A DNA stretch of 64,000 bases, from assembly GCA_951406725.2 (NCBI GenBank), contig OX597815.1, forward strand, positions 145,514,001 to 145,578,000, given 5' to 3'. This stretch comes from Octopus vulgaris (taxonomy: Eukaryota). Shown piece after piece: positions 1-13,465 of the stretch (its first letter is position 1; each line of letters starts with the position of its first letter). The notes beneath the pieces are model-generated. The model made no database searches and was not told where the DNA came from. It saw only the letters and a program-made list of their open reading frames with translations. The position numbers and the translations under genes were made by a program.

Positions 1-155
1 TAGTCCATTTACAAATGAGGCGCTGAGCCTCTTACACATTATAACATTGAGGCTTTTCAACCTCTTGTCAATTTTCCACCTCATCATCGCTTGTGTCTGT
101 GTACTCCACCATAGCCCATGCTTCCTTTAAAATCAAGGCGGGCTCCGAGTTGGCA

Positions 156-1280
156 TCACCCGGCCACGAGCGATATTCCTCTTTTAGTCCCTCCAGCTTT
201 AGAAACGCGCAACGTTATGACCCCCACAGCTATCTGCGGAAGCCATTCGGGGTCCTGTGTGAAGGCCAAAGGTATTCCCTCGTAGTGTTCTTTCACTATC
301 TTTTCCACTTCTCCGCCTCTATTAAAGAAGACTATCAGTTCATCGTCATCCGAGTCCGAGGAGATCAATTTTAACGTTAGCGGCACAATTTCCGCCAATG
401 GTGTCTCTCCCCCTCCGGTGGCACACCCGATGAGGCTCCGTGACACTCCGGCGTCATGTCTCCGATTGCCGGTAATGCACCGTTTTTCCTCCTCTTCCCC
501 TTTTTTTCTTCTCGACTGGGGGAGGGTGCGCCTCCCCTCCCTCATCCCCAGGATCCTTCGGTGAGCACCCATCATTGCTCTCCTTTTTCCTTTTGCGACT
601 CTTCTTTGAGGAGTCCTCCGTCTCCTCGGCCGCATTCATTCCCTTCTCTACCGCTCCAGGATTTTGCTTTGCCCTTGAGAACAGTTCTTTTTTATATGGC
701 CAAGCTTCAAGTACCGATGACACTTGGGGGGTGGGGGTAGGGGCTCCCTCAAGAATCACCGGATACCTAGACCCGGCCATTCTCAAAAAGTCTGGAAGTA
801 CCAGACTTTCGGCTGACTGTGTCCATAGGGTTAAAACAGCTTTTGGCCCCTCCCAGTCAGCCGCAGGCAGAATATTTACGTTGAGGAGCTTGGTGTTACT
901 GCCACCCAGACCCCGGCGGATAGTATCTTCAATCTACTCGGGCTCAACTCCGGGTGGCAAGCTGCAAACCAAGCCCTCGTCAAACTCTTCCCACAATAAG
1001 TGGAAAGAAACAAAATTTCATTGCCCTCCAGGGGCTGGCTCACAAATTCACGGGCCACTTCTGGAGAGTCAAACAGCAACCACACGGTTGACTATTTGAC
1101 CTCCGAGTGATAAACTTAATCGCTGGCTTAAATTCTGCCAGCTCTCGTTCGATTATATCCTTTCTGAAAACGGCAATGGCATCGAGGGTCCTAGAGTAGG
1201 TCCTCAAAACCACTGTCTTTAACCACGTTCTTTTAACCACTTTTTGGGTGGTGTAATTTCAAACTCCACCAACATTTCAT
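156..1280 (-). pseudogene. Decayed LINE ORF1/gag-like protein (RRM-like region + degenerate zinc knuckle), unit 1
   Basis: Frameshifted pieces in ORFs 1040-1240, 876-1085, 454-786 and 156-635; the minus strand near 680-725 reads KCHRYLKLGHIKKNC (degenerate CX2CX4HX4C); clearly paralogous to 2200-3250 (shared MAGSRYPV..EG and GC.P.DP motifs). Confidence 0.7.
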
Positions 1281-2199
1281 TGTTATTTGCCAAGTTTTTT
1301 TAAAAAAAGAGTCCCAAAATACAGTTGTTATAATATAAAATAATTAAGGAAAAAGAAAGAAGAGGAAAAATGTCCAAACAAAAAGGAAGGAGAGAAAAAA
1401 ATAAACAGTTCAATAAAGAGATTTTAAAAAAATCAAAGATAGATGAAGAGAGAGCAACAGTTCAAAACACAGCAAAAGCCACTCGGTACTTCAGGCCAAA
1501 ATTTTAATACAATTGTAAAACATTTAAAAAATCATTCCAATTCTCTTCTAGGTACTTCTTGACAGGAAAAATATTGTTGAAATACTATTTTCAAACAAAA
1601 TTTTTCAGCAGCATACGCCCACCAAACCAATAATTTTCACAATTAAGTGAAAAAAAAATTTCATTCAGCCTCAGGCAGACTAGTGTCTAGTGAGGACTTC
1701 TTGTTTGTAAATATAATTGCGACATACAACAGGCCCTCACTAGAACTAAAAAAAGTCTTACCTTACAGCTGAGTTTGAAAACTCTTCAATTTAAGACGGC
1801 TTCAAAAGCACGTCTTACCGCTTCGGTGTCAAACACAACTTTGTCTCGCTCATGCGCAGTAAGGAAGCTACTTTATTTCATTTCATTTGCCATAGAGGCA
1901 GTACAAAGATGGGTAGCTTTGCGGGCTGGACATAGACATTAATGAGGCGGATGATTATGATCCAAAAATGATAAAGATGGGAGAAGGCAGAAAGCGCCCG
2001 CCGACCCTCTGCTTCTCTAAAACATTGTTCTTTAAAAATTCATTTGGACTAAAAAATACATAGTTATAAATTACAATTTATACACAAACTGGAGGCGAGA
2101 AACCTCTACAATTCTTCCCCGATTAAATTTCTTGCAACTTGCAGGCATTGCTGCCACCGAAATCTGGGTCTCAAAAAAAAAAAAAAAAAAAAGGATTCT

Positions 2200-3250
2200 T
2201 TAATTCTTGTCTTTACACGAGTCAATTATCTGATCACAGTACTTTCTTTCCAGCACCAGAGCAGCCACCTGCGAAGACAACTCGGGACTGTCAATACAAT
2301 TCAGTTCCCTCAGGACCCGACTATCCATATTATTCTCCACGAAACTGTCAATAGCCCCTCCCCTGAGATAGCAAAACATACATTCTTCACCACCTTCACT
2401 GGAAGGAGCCTCAACTCCCTCGCTCGGTGGGACACATCCCACTGACAAGGTCATCTTCTCCCCCCGAAGGGGTTTCGGGACATGCCGTCGCCGGCAATGC
2501 TCCGGTTTTCTTTTTTCTCTTCTTTTTTTCCTTTTACGACGGGAGGGTGGAGTTCCTCCGACATCTCCGGAGGACCTTCCATCACACCCGCCGTCTCAGG
2601 ATCCATCGGTGTGCAACCATTGTTGTCCCCCTTCTTTCTTTTCTGCCCCTTTATTTTCGAGGAGGTTACCTCCTCCTCAACTTTTTCCTCCACTGCGGGA
2701 GCAGGGAACACCTCTTCAATTAACTGTTCCAGCACCTTTGCCTGATCCCGGCGACAGTTCTTCTTTATGTGGCCCGATTCGAGGCACAGGTGACACTTGG
2801 GGGGGGGGTGTCCCTCAACCATCACCGGGTACCTGGAACCGGCCATTGTCAAAAAATCTGGTAAAACCAGATCATCGGCTGATTGGGTCCATAGGGTCAA
2901 AATTGCTTTTGACCCGACCTAATCAACCGCAGGCAGCATTTTTACATTTAAGAGCCTGGCAGGGCCGCCACCCAGGCCCCGACAGATAGTGTCTTCTATC
3001 TATTCGGCCTCTATACCGGGTGGCAGCCCGCACACCCAGGCTCTTGTCAACCCTCTACCACCATAAGTAGGGAGAAACAAAATTTTCTCCCCCACCAAAG
3101 GCGTGTTCGCAAAATCTCGAGCTTCCGTAGGGGTGTTAAAAAGTACACACACAGTTCCTTACTTCGCAACTGCGAATAAACTTAACAAATGGTATTCCGT
3201 TCAACTCCGGCTGTACTCCTATCCTTTATGGTAAAAATCCACTTGAAAGG
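2200..3250 (-). pseudogene. Decayed LINE ORF1/gag-like protein with intact zinc knuckle, unit 2
   Basis: ORF 2451-2900 contains KCHLCLESGHIKKNC (CX2CX4HX4C) followed by a Lys/Glu-rich tail; upstream sequence is homologous to unit 1. Confidence 0.75.
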
Positions 3251-4599
3251 GCACAAACACAGTCATAGAAAATTCCAAAAAATTATCGAACGGAGACGCC
3301 TCCCGAAATTACACACAATTCTCACTAAAATGTGAGTCTTTTAGTACGATCACTGGCAAACAAATGTCTGGAACACAGTGGAGACCCTTGTTCGAAAAAA
3401 TAACAACCGTACGGACAACGGACCTCACTATACCCCCACCACCGAAATAGATACCTTACCTGTGGTCGTGCTTCAAATGTTCAAATTTTCACGTACGACG
3501 TGACTTCCACCGCGACGAAAGACAACGCGACAACTAGGTAGCAGTAAGCAAGCTTCTTACCACACAGCCACTCCTGCACCTGTATATAATTTTTTCTGAT
3601 CATATCCGACGCAAATACTTCTCCGCTCACAGTAAGCAGCTTTACCTCTTCCGGTTATCATCCTATTCATTTCCATCTCCTCTTCTCAAAACACTCTACG
3701 AAATGCTTTTTCAATCCTTTAACTCCAGAAACTGCCAATCCATTTTCTGTAGTTTTTCTTTTTTCACAGCTCACATTCCAATAATTAACTCAGCAATCAT
3801 GAGCCGATGGGCGTTTGTCAAAAGAGAAAAAGACAGACATACAGACAGACATAGATACAAACTGCAGACAGACAGACAGACAGACAGATAGTGAAAGATA
3901 GCTAGATAGTGATGGGGAAAGGAATTGGTTCCAATTCTTTACTGGGTTCATTGTTTAAAATTCCATTTTGACCTTAACCAAAAGTCCGAGAAGCGATTTA
4001 TTGTCTGGAATTTCAAAAGTGTAGTCATAGTCGGAACGCTTTGATCAGGGTTTTGCTTGATCAGAGCTGACCTAAAGTCAGACAACTAGAGAACGCCTCT
4101 GTCGTTTTGAGATGCTAGAAGTAACAGATAGATTACGCTTAAATCATACTGTGTCAGATACAAAAGAAGATATCCAAATAGCTCTTCTGCATTACCTGAT
4201 TCAACATTAGACATTTGATTATTTAAAAACTTAAAAGTACTGGTCATGGATGGATAGTCTTTGATCAAAGCTCACTTTAGTCAGAGCTTTCCGCAACATT
4301 AATAACTTGCAGGAATTTTCATGAAACATTTACTATAATAACCTCATACAGTCTCAATTAACCAATCAGGGAGTAACGCTGAAGCAGTTAGAGGTGAAAG
4401 TATAGCCGTAAGGTTATAAAATTTGTTTAGCCCCATGTACTTCCGAGTTCGAGTCCAGCATGTGGTACCTTAGGGCAGTGTTTTCTACTGTACCCAGGAG
4501 TGACTATCGTTTTTGGTAGAATACGCTAGATTTTATCCTCAATTTATCTTTCCTCTTTCTCTCTCTACACATACGTATATACGGTTGCAATGCCCTTCC

Positions 4600-5130
4600 A
4601 TTTCTGTCTTGATTGCGTCATTTTTTTCCATCTTGATCCAAATTCCTTAAATAAATCGTTTCCCCATCGTCGAGGAGGCCTTCCTAGTGGCCTTTTGAGG
4701 TCTCTTCGATGTCACTCGGCAAACGCACGGGTTCACCTATTGTCTGTGAACTTTGCGACATGTTCGGCCTGGTGGAACTTGTATTGTCAGTATTTTGCAA
4801 CCAAGTTGTTCATTCTGCTACGTTCTGGAATCACATTATTTAGGATATGGTCTACCAAGGATTTTCCGCTTCTCTGGATGAATTTATGCAAACTTTCCCA
4901 GCAAAGGTTCAAACGACCATTAGCTCAATACATCAGCAGCCACTGTTGTTTTCTTCGCGGCGGTCAATTTTTTGACCGTTAGGTTTTTATGTGAGTAGTC
5001 TCGTGTTAACTTTGCTGATGTATGCGTGTTGAATTTGGCATTGTATTAAAGTATAAGGATGGCTACCATAATTTATCTATCATTTTTGAGCAAGATATTA
5101 AGAAGCATTTAAGCATTTTCCTGTAGTATT
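4600..5130 (-). mobile_element. RTE-clade LINE 3' remnant (C-terminal part of ORF)
   Basis: Minus strand translates to AEHVAKFTDNR*TRAFAE*HRRDLKRPLGRPPRRWGND, resembling the RTE C-terminal GHVAR..D.R....KRP.GRP..RW motif; contains stops. Confidence 0.6.
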
Positions 5131-5171
5131 TTTGTGCCTAATTTTGTTTTGTGGTGTGTGGTGTTTTGTCG

Positions 5172-5172
<1 letters not shown>

Positions 5173-5256
<84 letters not shown>
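5173..5256 (+). repeat. (TGTC)n-(TATC)n microsatellite
   Basis: Directly visible; abuts the 5' junction of the LINE copy. Confidence 0.95.
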
Positions 5257-6486
5257 GAGACTGCGGCATCTCTGGCTCTATGTAGACGACGGTGAACAGG
5301 TGTGGTCGCCGTTTGTGAGGCACGCTTTCCCGCAGCTCGTCTCCATGACCGAACTGCAGTCGTGGATCAAAAAGAGGCCGAGGAAGGGCGAATGGCACCG
5401 CGAGTGTCGCGTTGCTCTCAAGCAACTCTGCCGTCCTGGGTCGACCTTAAGTGACTTCAACACAACCAAAGCATTCTATAGGGGTTTAGTGGAGGGGAGG
5501 TACGACGACGAGCTCGGGGCGAACCTGGACGTCGACGAGGAGTACCTGACCCGCCTGTTCAGGACGACTTTCGGGCCAGGGCCCATGGACAACTTCCAGA
5601 GATCCCTGGCCTGGCAGTGCTACCGAGAAGCGCTACCCGTTCGGGATAAGCTCTACAGACACGGCTCGAGAAACACGGGGCCGACCTGCCCGAGATGCGG
5701 TCAGAGCGACGAAACCGTTCTGCACGCACTCGTTCAGTGTCCAACAATTTCCGACCTGTGGGCTTATGTCGAACAACTGCTGTCACGTGTGGGACGAGTC
5801 GGTTTATCAGCTGAGTCTATCGTCAATATTGTCACGCCTCCTTCCTTCAAACGGGAAGGAAGAGCTATTTCATCATCCTTGTGGCTATGGCGAAAGAACG
5901 TATCTGGTGGACGCGTCTGAAAGGATTGGAGACAAACACTTTCCTCTCTGGTCAATCTCTCATCAACTTCTTCAAGTACCACTTGAAAAGGAAAGTGAGA
6001 GTAGAGAGGCAAGTTTTGTCTAGCGAATGTTTTAAAAAAAGATGGGTGAATGTAGCAAGAATGGCACGTATGAATGACGAAGCCACCTTGAGCATAGTCC
6101 TATGAACCCAGAAATCGAAAACAGAGAGTTGCTTATTTGCAAAAAAAAAAAAAAGAAATATAAAATGTGACATCATTGACCGAGGTTACCGTGGTCTTTT
6201 CCGTAGGCTTTTCTTTGCACGGGTAAACCTCACCTGTCCTCCCCTTTACACTTCATATTGACATTTCTGTGATAACGATCCCTATTGATCAATTTTTTCC
6301 TCCCCCCTTTTTTTTAAACCCCCCTTTTTTTTGTCCTCTTTCTCTCCTTTTACGATCCCTTTTGATCGAAACTCCCCCTTCCTTTTTTTTTTTTTTTTTT
6401 TTTTTCTTTCTTAAACCTTCAAAAGAAAAGCTCTACCTTGTAATTTGTTCTATCTGTGTGCAGCCCTGTGTGGCTAATAAAGAAAC
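5257..6486 (+). mobile_element. 5'-truncated Tx1/L1-clade LINE copy A (ORF2 C-terminal zinc finger + 3' UTR)
   Basis: LAWQCYREALPVRDKL...TCPRCGQSDETVLHALVQCPTISDLW matches the zf-RVT CCHC region of L1/Tx1 ORF2; stop near 6105; pyrimidine-rich 3' UTR, AATAAA at about 6476, then (TATC)n. Confidence 0.85.
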
Positions 6487-6487
6487 A

Positions 6488-6571
<84 letters not shown>

Positions 6572-6597
6572 CATATCTATCTCTCTCTGTGTCTATC

Positions 6598-6950
6598 TTT
6601 GCAAAAAAAAAAAAAAGAAATATAAAATGTGACATCATTGACCGAGGTTACCGTGGTCTTTTCCGTAGGCTTTTCTTTGCACGGGTAAACCTCACCTGTC
6701 CTCCCCTTTACACTTCATATTGACATTTCTGTGATAACGATCCCTATTGATCAATTTTTTTTCCTCCCCCCTTTTTTTTTAAACCCCCTTTTTTTTTGTC
6801 CTCTTTCTCTCCTTTTACGATCCATTTTGATCGAAACTCCCCTTCCTTTTTTTTTTTTTTTTTTTTTTTTTTCTTAAACCTTCAAAAGAAAAGCTCTACC
6901 TTGTAATTTGTTCTATCTGTGTGCAGCCCTGTGTGGCTAATAAAGAAACA

Positions 6951-6982
<32 letters not shown>
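6598..6982 (+). mobile_element. Near-identical duplicate of the Tx1-like LINE 3' UTR with (TATC)n tail
   Basis: 6598-6950 repeats about 6137-6487 almost exactly, differing mainly in homopolymer lengths. Confidence 0.9.
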
Positions 6983-6984
<2 letters not shown>

Positions 6985-7553
6985 GTAAATGCATAGTAAG
7001 CCTATGACAGAGTGTCACACTAGTATGTCTCGTGTAACAACTAAAGTCCTGAAGTTTGAAACTTTCAGTTTAACCATTGAATTGATAGTTTAACGTATGG
7101 CTACAGAAACAGAAAACCTAAGAGTAAAAAAATAAAATGACCACAACAAACAGATTATCTCGTGGCTTCTGACGTATAGAGTTAACGGTCAAACACTTTT
7201 TGGCGGTAGAACCTACATGTATTCAAATAGTATGCAAGAAACAATACAGAGACCAGGTGTGTTGAATTCTAGAGAATGTGATTATGAAGATTTGGTAACA
7301 CTGTTTATGGATTTAGAGACTCTGTTGTTTCGAACCAATTGTAAAGAGTTAAGGTGACAATATGGAAAAATCTAAAATAAAAACATTTAACTTGAACATA
7401 ATTAGGTATTGAATGAAACGTATTAAAGAAAGACTGTTTCTTATATTTACGTGTACATACACATACACAAACACAAACACACATGTATATATACATACAT
7501 ACATATACACACACGCACACACACATGTATATATACATACACACACATACACG

Positions 7554-7602
<49 letters not shown>

Positions 7603-7695
7603 GCTGATATCTCTCCCTCTCTATATGTATATATTTTTATATACATAAATATATGAGTGTATATGTATGTATATATACCTACATCTACATCTACC

Positions 7696-8920
7696 TGAGA
7701 AGCAAGCCCATGCCGTCCATCAGCGTCTCCAAGGTGGGACGCTGGACCGACGGACCGGTTAAATTGCTCGGAGTCTGGTTCGGTCTGGACCTCCAAATGG
7801 AGAAGAACTGGGGCGAAATAATGACTAGGGTGGCCACTCTCACCCAGTAAAGGGACGGAGAGGAAGCTATCCCTAAAAGGTCGGGCGCAGGTGGCGAATG
7901 CTTACATCGCATCCGTCATCGATTACCGTCTGACCGTCGTGCCTTGTCCCGACCCTACCATCACCAAACTGGAACGCATACCCTTCCGCTTCTTGTGGAA
8001 AGGAAGCGTTCCGATGGTTAGGCGATCCAGTTGCTGTCAGCACCCGCTAAATGGAGAGATAGGAAGCTGTGGTTGATGATGTGTAGGCACACGCTGAGAC
8101 TGCGACATCTCCGTCGCTTCACAGACGACGGTGAACATGTGTGGTCGAGTTTGTGCGACGCGCTTCCCCTCAGCGCGTCTCCTTGGCCGAACTGCAGTCG
8201 TGGTTCAAACAGAAACCGAGGCTAGGCGAATGCCGTCCGGGACTAAACTTGTGCGACTTCATTACAACAAAGGCGTTCTATAGAGGACTAGCGGGGGTGG
8301 GCGGAGGTGTGGCGACGTTCTCGGGCAGAATCTGGGCGTCAACGAGAAACACCTGACCCGCCTGTTCAGGACAATTTTCGGGCCGAGACCTATGGACAAT
8401 CAGTAAAGATCCCTGGCCTGGCAGTGCTATCGAGAAGATTTACGTGTTCGGAATAAGCTCTACAGGCACGGTTTGAGACACAACGGACCGACTTGCCCGC
8501 GATGCGGTCAGAGCGATGAAACCATTCTGCACGCACTCGTGCAGTGTGCAATCATTTCGGACCTGTGGGTTTATGCCGAACGGCTGCTGTCGCTTGTGGG
8601 ACGAGTCCGCCTGTCGGCCGAGTCTGTCGTGTAAGTTGCTCCGCCACCTTTCCTCAACCGAGAAGGCAAGGCAGTCTTCATTGTATTGGTGGCCATGGTG
8701 AAAGAATGTATGTGGTGGACTCGAGCGAAAAGTTTAGAGACAAACACTTACCGCTCTGGCCAATCGCTCGTCAACTTTTTCAAGTACCACTTGAAAAGGA
8801 AGGTGAGAATGGAGAGGCAGGTTTTGTCTCGTGAATGTTTCAAAAAAAGGTAGATGAATGTATCAAAGATGGTGCGTGCGAGTGACGCAACCACCTTGAG
8901 CAGGATCCTGTAAATTGAAA

Positions 8921-8966
<46 letters not shown>

Positions 8967-9240
8967 CATTTTGCTCTCATGTGTTTATTCTTCCCTGAGG
9001 TTACCGTGGTCTTTTCCGCCGGCATTTCTTTCCACGGATAAACCTAATCTCTTATATTTTACATTTTTAAAATTCCGCTGTGAAACACGATCCCATTTGA
9101 TGGTATTTTTCCCGATCCCTTTTGATCGAAATTTTACTGCTTTTCTCTTTTTTATCCCTCCTTTTTCATTTTCGAACAGAAAACCTCTACATTTGTTTTT
9201 GTCCCCTCTGTGTTCAGCTCAGTGTGGCCAATAAAGAAAG
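7696..9240 (+). mobile_element. 5'-truncated Tx1/L1-clade LINE copy B (post-RT region to 3' UTR)
   Basis: PVKLLGVWFG..L..EKNW, ANAYIASVIDYRLTV..FRFLWKG and TCPRCGQSDETILHALVQC motifs; homologous to copy A; ends AATAAAGAAA + (TATC)n; multiple stops and frameshifts. Confidence 0.85.
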
Positions 9241-9382
<142 letters not shown>

Positions 9383-9648
9383 AAAAAAAGATGGGTGAAT
9401 GTACTTAAGGATGGCACGTATGAATGACGAAGCCACCTTGAGCATAACTCCTACAGACCCGGAAATTTAAAACAGAGGGTTACCTACTTGCAAACAAATG
9501 TGGTAACATGTAACAATATTGATCGAGGTTACCGTGGTCTTTTTCGTAGGCTTTTCTTCACGGATAAACCTTATCTGCTTCCCCCTTACATCTTACATCA
9601 TGACACTGTGATACACGATCCCTGTTGATCGTTTTTTTCCCTCTTTTG
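9383..9648 (+). mobile_element. Short 3' fragment of the same Tx1-like LINE (copy C)
   Basis: AAAAAAGATGGGTGAATGTA...GAGGTTACCGTGGTCTTTT matches copy A from about 6035 to 6300. Confidence 0.8.
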
Positions 9649-9873
9649 TCACCACGAAGCCAAGGCGCAAGTCAAGCGTGACGCCGAAATAAAAGAGCAA
9701 GATTCCCTGCCACTAAACGTTGGACCTGACAGTTTGAACGACACTAACACCACCACCACCACCACCACCACCATCAGCATCAACAACAGCAACAACAACA
9801 AAACCAAGGTCACAGCGCCAATTACCGTAACCACCACCAATGATTCCACCATCAACACCAACACACCACCACC

Positions 9874-11660
9874 ATGGCAGCTTGTGCTACTACAACTGCT
9901 TCCTCTGCTAACGATACCACTACCAACAACAACACTAAAACCAAGGTCGCAAGGCCAAAGTACCCACCACTGCAACCAATGAATCCACCATCAACACCGA
10001 CACCATCGTTGACAAACGCTTACGACGTTGATTTCCCTACACTGCCTTCACAACAATTTCATGAAGGAGGGGAAATGGAGAAAAGCAACACAGGCGCAAG
10101 TGTGAGCATGGACGCTACCACCGCCGCTACACAAAAACTGGTAAACAACCCGACTTCACAGTTATCTTCTCCTACTACGAACGACTCTGCCACAAACATC
10201 ACCACCAACACCACCACCACCATGACCACCACCACCACCTCCACAAAAAACACCACGAATTTCGAGGAAGCAATACGACCGAAAAGAAGAATCTTAAAAT
10301 TTACTCATCAACAAATACAAGACACAAAGTCCTTGCTCACCAAAGAAGGCGACACAATACATTTAAATATTCCACGGAACATTTTAGAAGAGAGAAACAC
10401 AAAAGAAGACCATCATCTACAAAATACTCAACACCAAAACAAAGAGACCAGAAAGCCCAGCTACAGAAAAGATTGAGAAGTGTCTCGCTTCTGTGTGAAG
10501 TTCCGAAATTATGTGGAATTGGGGTGTAAATTTGCTACCGTGCAAGTTCGCTTCCATACGGAAGAACTAGCAAAGAAGTTTTCCACTCTTACTCTGCGCA
10601 CAGACCAAGTAACAATGGTACCTAGCTATCTTGGGCGCAGAGTAACGAAAATAACAATAAACAATGTGCCTCCAGAAGTGGATACCCAGTGGCTGGTATC
10701 AGCCATCTGCTTCGATATAGAAGAAGAAGATATTTTAAAAGTCGCGTCGACATTCCAGAGGAAAGCTGGACTGATAAAAAGCTTGAAATATTGCTTCAAA
10801 TCTCCAAGAAGCAATAAACAATTTACCAACCAGTGTTCAACTGGCAAAAGACCAAAAATTGTATGTAGTGGTGAAGGGCAGGAGGCCAAGTTGCTATTTA
10901 TTTGTGCAACAGTGAGGCACACCTCAGATATGATTGCCCAACTGCTGCCAGAAATAGGCAACAGCAACCACTCCCAAAACCTGGAAGAAAACCCCTGCTA
11001 CCTACACCACCTTCAACACAAAAGACAGGAAAAACAACAGGATGATGCAAAAACTGTTTCCCCCTCACCAACCACATCACCAAGAAGAGAATCAACTCCA
11101 TCACAATTACCTACAACATCGCAACTAACTAGAGAAACAACACTACCACCATCAAAAGTCAGACCAACACCAACACCAGCACCAAGAACAACAACCAAGA
11201 AAACAAATAACAATGACGAAAAGACAAATTCTGCCCCTAATACCCCAACAACACAAACACCACACAAAACAACAACATCTTCTACAAACACACATATAGA
11301 TGCAAACGCTTTGCCTTTACCCCCTTCTGATTTGTCAGACTTTTCGTTTAACGACGAAAGTTCGACAGAATGGCAAATATAGTCACCGGGGTAAAAGAAA
11401 AAGATAAAAAAAACAAACAAACAAGAAAATGCAACTAAAATAGGTAGATATCTGTACCCTGAAAGCTCCTTACACAACCAAACCAGCACCAACACCACAA
11501 AAAACACACACAATGTTATCAGCGATAGTCACCAAAGACTCAAAACTAATGGAGTACATCATAGCCCACACAAACATCTGTGAAGATGACTTCAAAACTA
11601 ACAACCATCCACGCACTACACCCAAACACATCAAGATACTACACGATCATCACACAAACA
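9874..11660 (+). pseudogene. Decayed LINE ORF1/gag-like protein (Thr-rich N-terminus, RRM-like region, frameshifted zinc knuckle)
   Basis: VQVRFHTEELAKKFST...VPSYLGRRVTKITINNVPPEVD aligns by eye with unit 1 LLFDSPEVAREFVSQ...STYCGKSLTRAW; near 10890-10940 GRRPSCYL/CNSEAHLRYDCP is a CX2CX4HX4C knuckle broken by a small TATT duplication. Confidence 0.65.
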
Positions 11661-11769
11661 ACACCACACACATACGATATCTATTTATATATACGTGCAT
11701 ACTATATATATATACATACATACATACATATATATATATATATGTATGTATGTATATATATATATATAG

Positions 11770-11800
<31 letters not shown>

Positions 11801-11827
11801 CGTATGTGTATACATATGCATATAGTG

Positions 11828-11859
<32 letters not shown>

Positions 11860-11973
11860 GTACTATATATATGTATATAAATATATATATATGTTTATAT
11901 TTATACAATATATATATATATATCTACATATATATATAAATATATATATATACATATACACATACATATATAC

Positions 11974-12020
<47 letters not shown>

Positions 12021-12405
12021 TGAGATGTTTGATTTAGGTTTTATTCTTTTGCATATACAAACATACATGCACTCATTCATATACACAGATGTATGAATGT
12101 GGAAGCATATGAATACAAGTATGTGCATGTATATATCTACATGCATACCTATGTCCATATACATACGTATAAACACACACACACGCACATATATATATTT
12201 ATATATTTATGGATATGTGTATGTATCTATGTGTAACGTGTGAGCATGATGTGTGTCAACATTTATATTTTATATTTTCGACTGCATAAAACAGAAAATT
12301 GTGAGAGAAGTATATAGATCCCTTCTGGCATATTGATAATCATAGTTTTCATTTTAGTATCAGCTATAAGTAGTTTGATATAGCTACATTTGCTTCACAT
12401 GTGCC

Positions 12406-12484
<79 letters not shown>

Positions 12485-12535
12485 ATCTATCCATCTATCT
12501 GTGTGTATATGTAAATAAATATACATATTATATAC

Positions 12536-12678
<143 letters not shown>

Positions 12679-13236
12679 CATATATGGGAACAGGACGTCA
12701 CCAGCTGTGTGAACAACATGAAGTACGAAAACAAACGAGTTAAATACGCAAACAAGGGCAGAAAAATGGAAAACAGGGAAAGTAACACAAAGAACGTCCC
12801 TTCATCAGTTGTCGGCTGTCTGTCTACTCCTCATTCCGAACATTCAACGACAATATGAGTCTTCGAAAACAGTTGCTCCCATAAATTCCAAAAGAAAATT
12901 TTGGATTTATGGAGGGTCAAAATTGGGAACAAAATTGCACAGTGGAAATATACCGGGAATCCGAACGAAAACAAACATGGAGGGCCATTAGACCAGATCT
13001 CAGAGAGATATAATCAGTGGTGGAACGAGTCTTTGCGGTGGTGTGATTCCCTTTATAGGACTGTCACGTTAAGTTGACAGTATACAACTGCTCTGTCGAC
13101 CCACCACTGCTTATATCTCTCTGAGATATTTAGAAATTTAATATTTCTATTTTTGGTGATCAGTGGATTTACTTCACTGAAATTATATATGTTTACAAAG
13201 TCTAGACAGGTATCTTCTGCTAGTAGGCCATGCTAC

Positions 13237-13279
13237 TCCAGACTGATGACGAGCAAAGACTCAGAAACATATTTCTGGA
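13237..13279 (+). ncRNA. Minimal type I hammerhead ribozyme-like motif
   Basis: TCCAGA-CTGATGA-cGAG caaaga CTCa-GAAA-catatt-TCTGGA: stem I TCCAGA/TCTGGA, conserved core, short stem II; stem III degenerate. Confidence 0.6.
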
Positions 13280-13465
13280 TGCAGGATTAGCTGGATGGGA
13301 GTGCTTGTCTCCCCTTTGTAGACATAAGGACACAGGAAATGTGCCAAGGCCGACAGGAAGCGTTGATGCTTCTTAGGGCTAAATATATATACTGTCACGT
13401 TAAGTTAACAGTATACAACTGCTCTATCGTTCCACCACTGATTATATCTCTCTGAGATATTCAGA

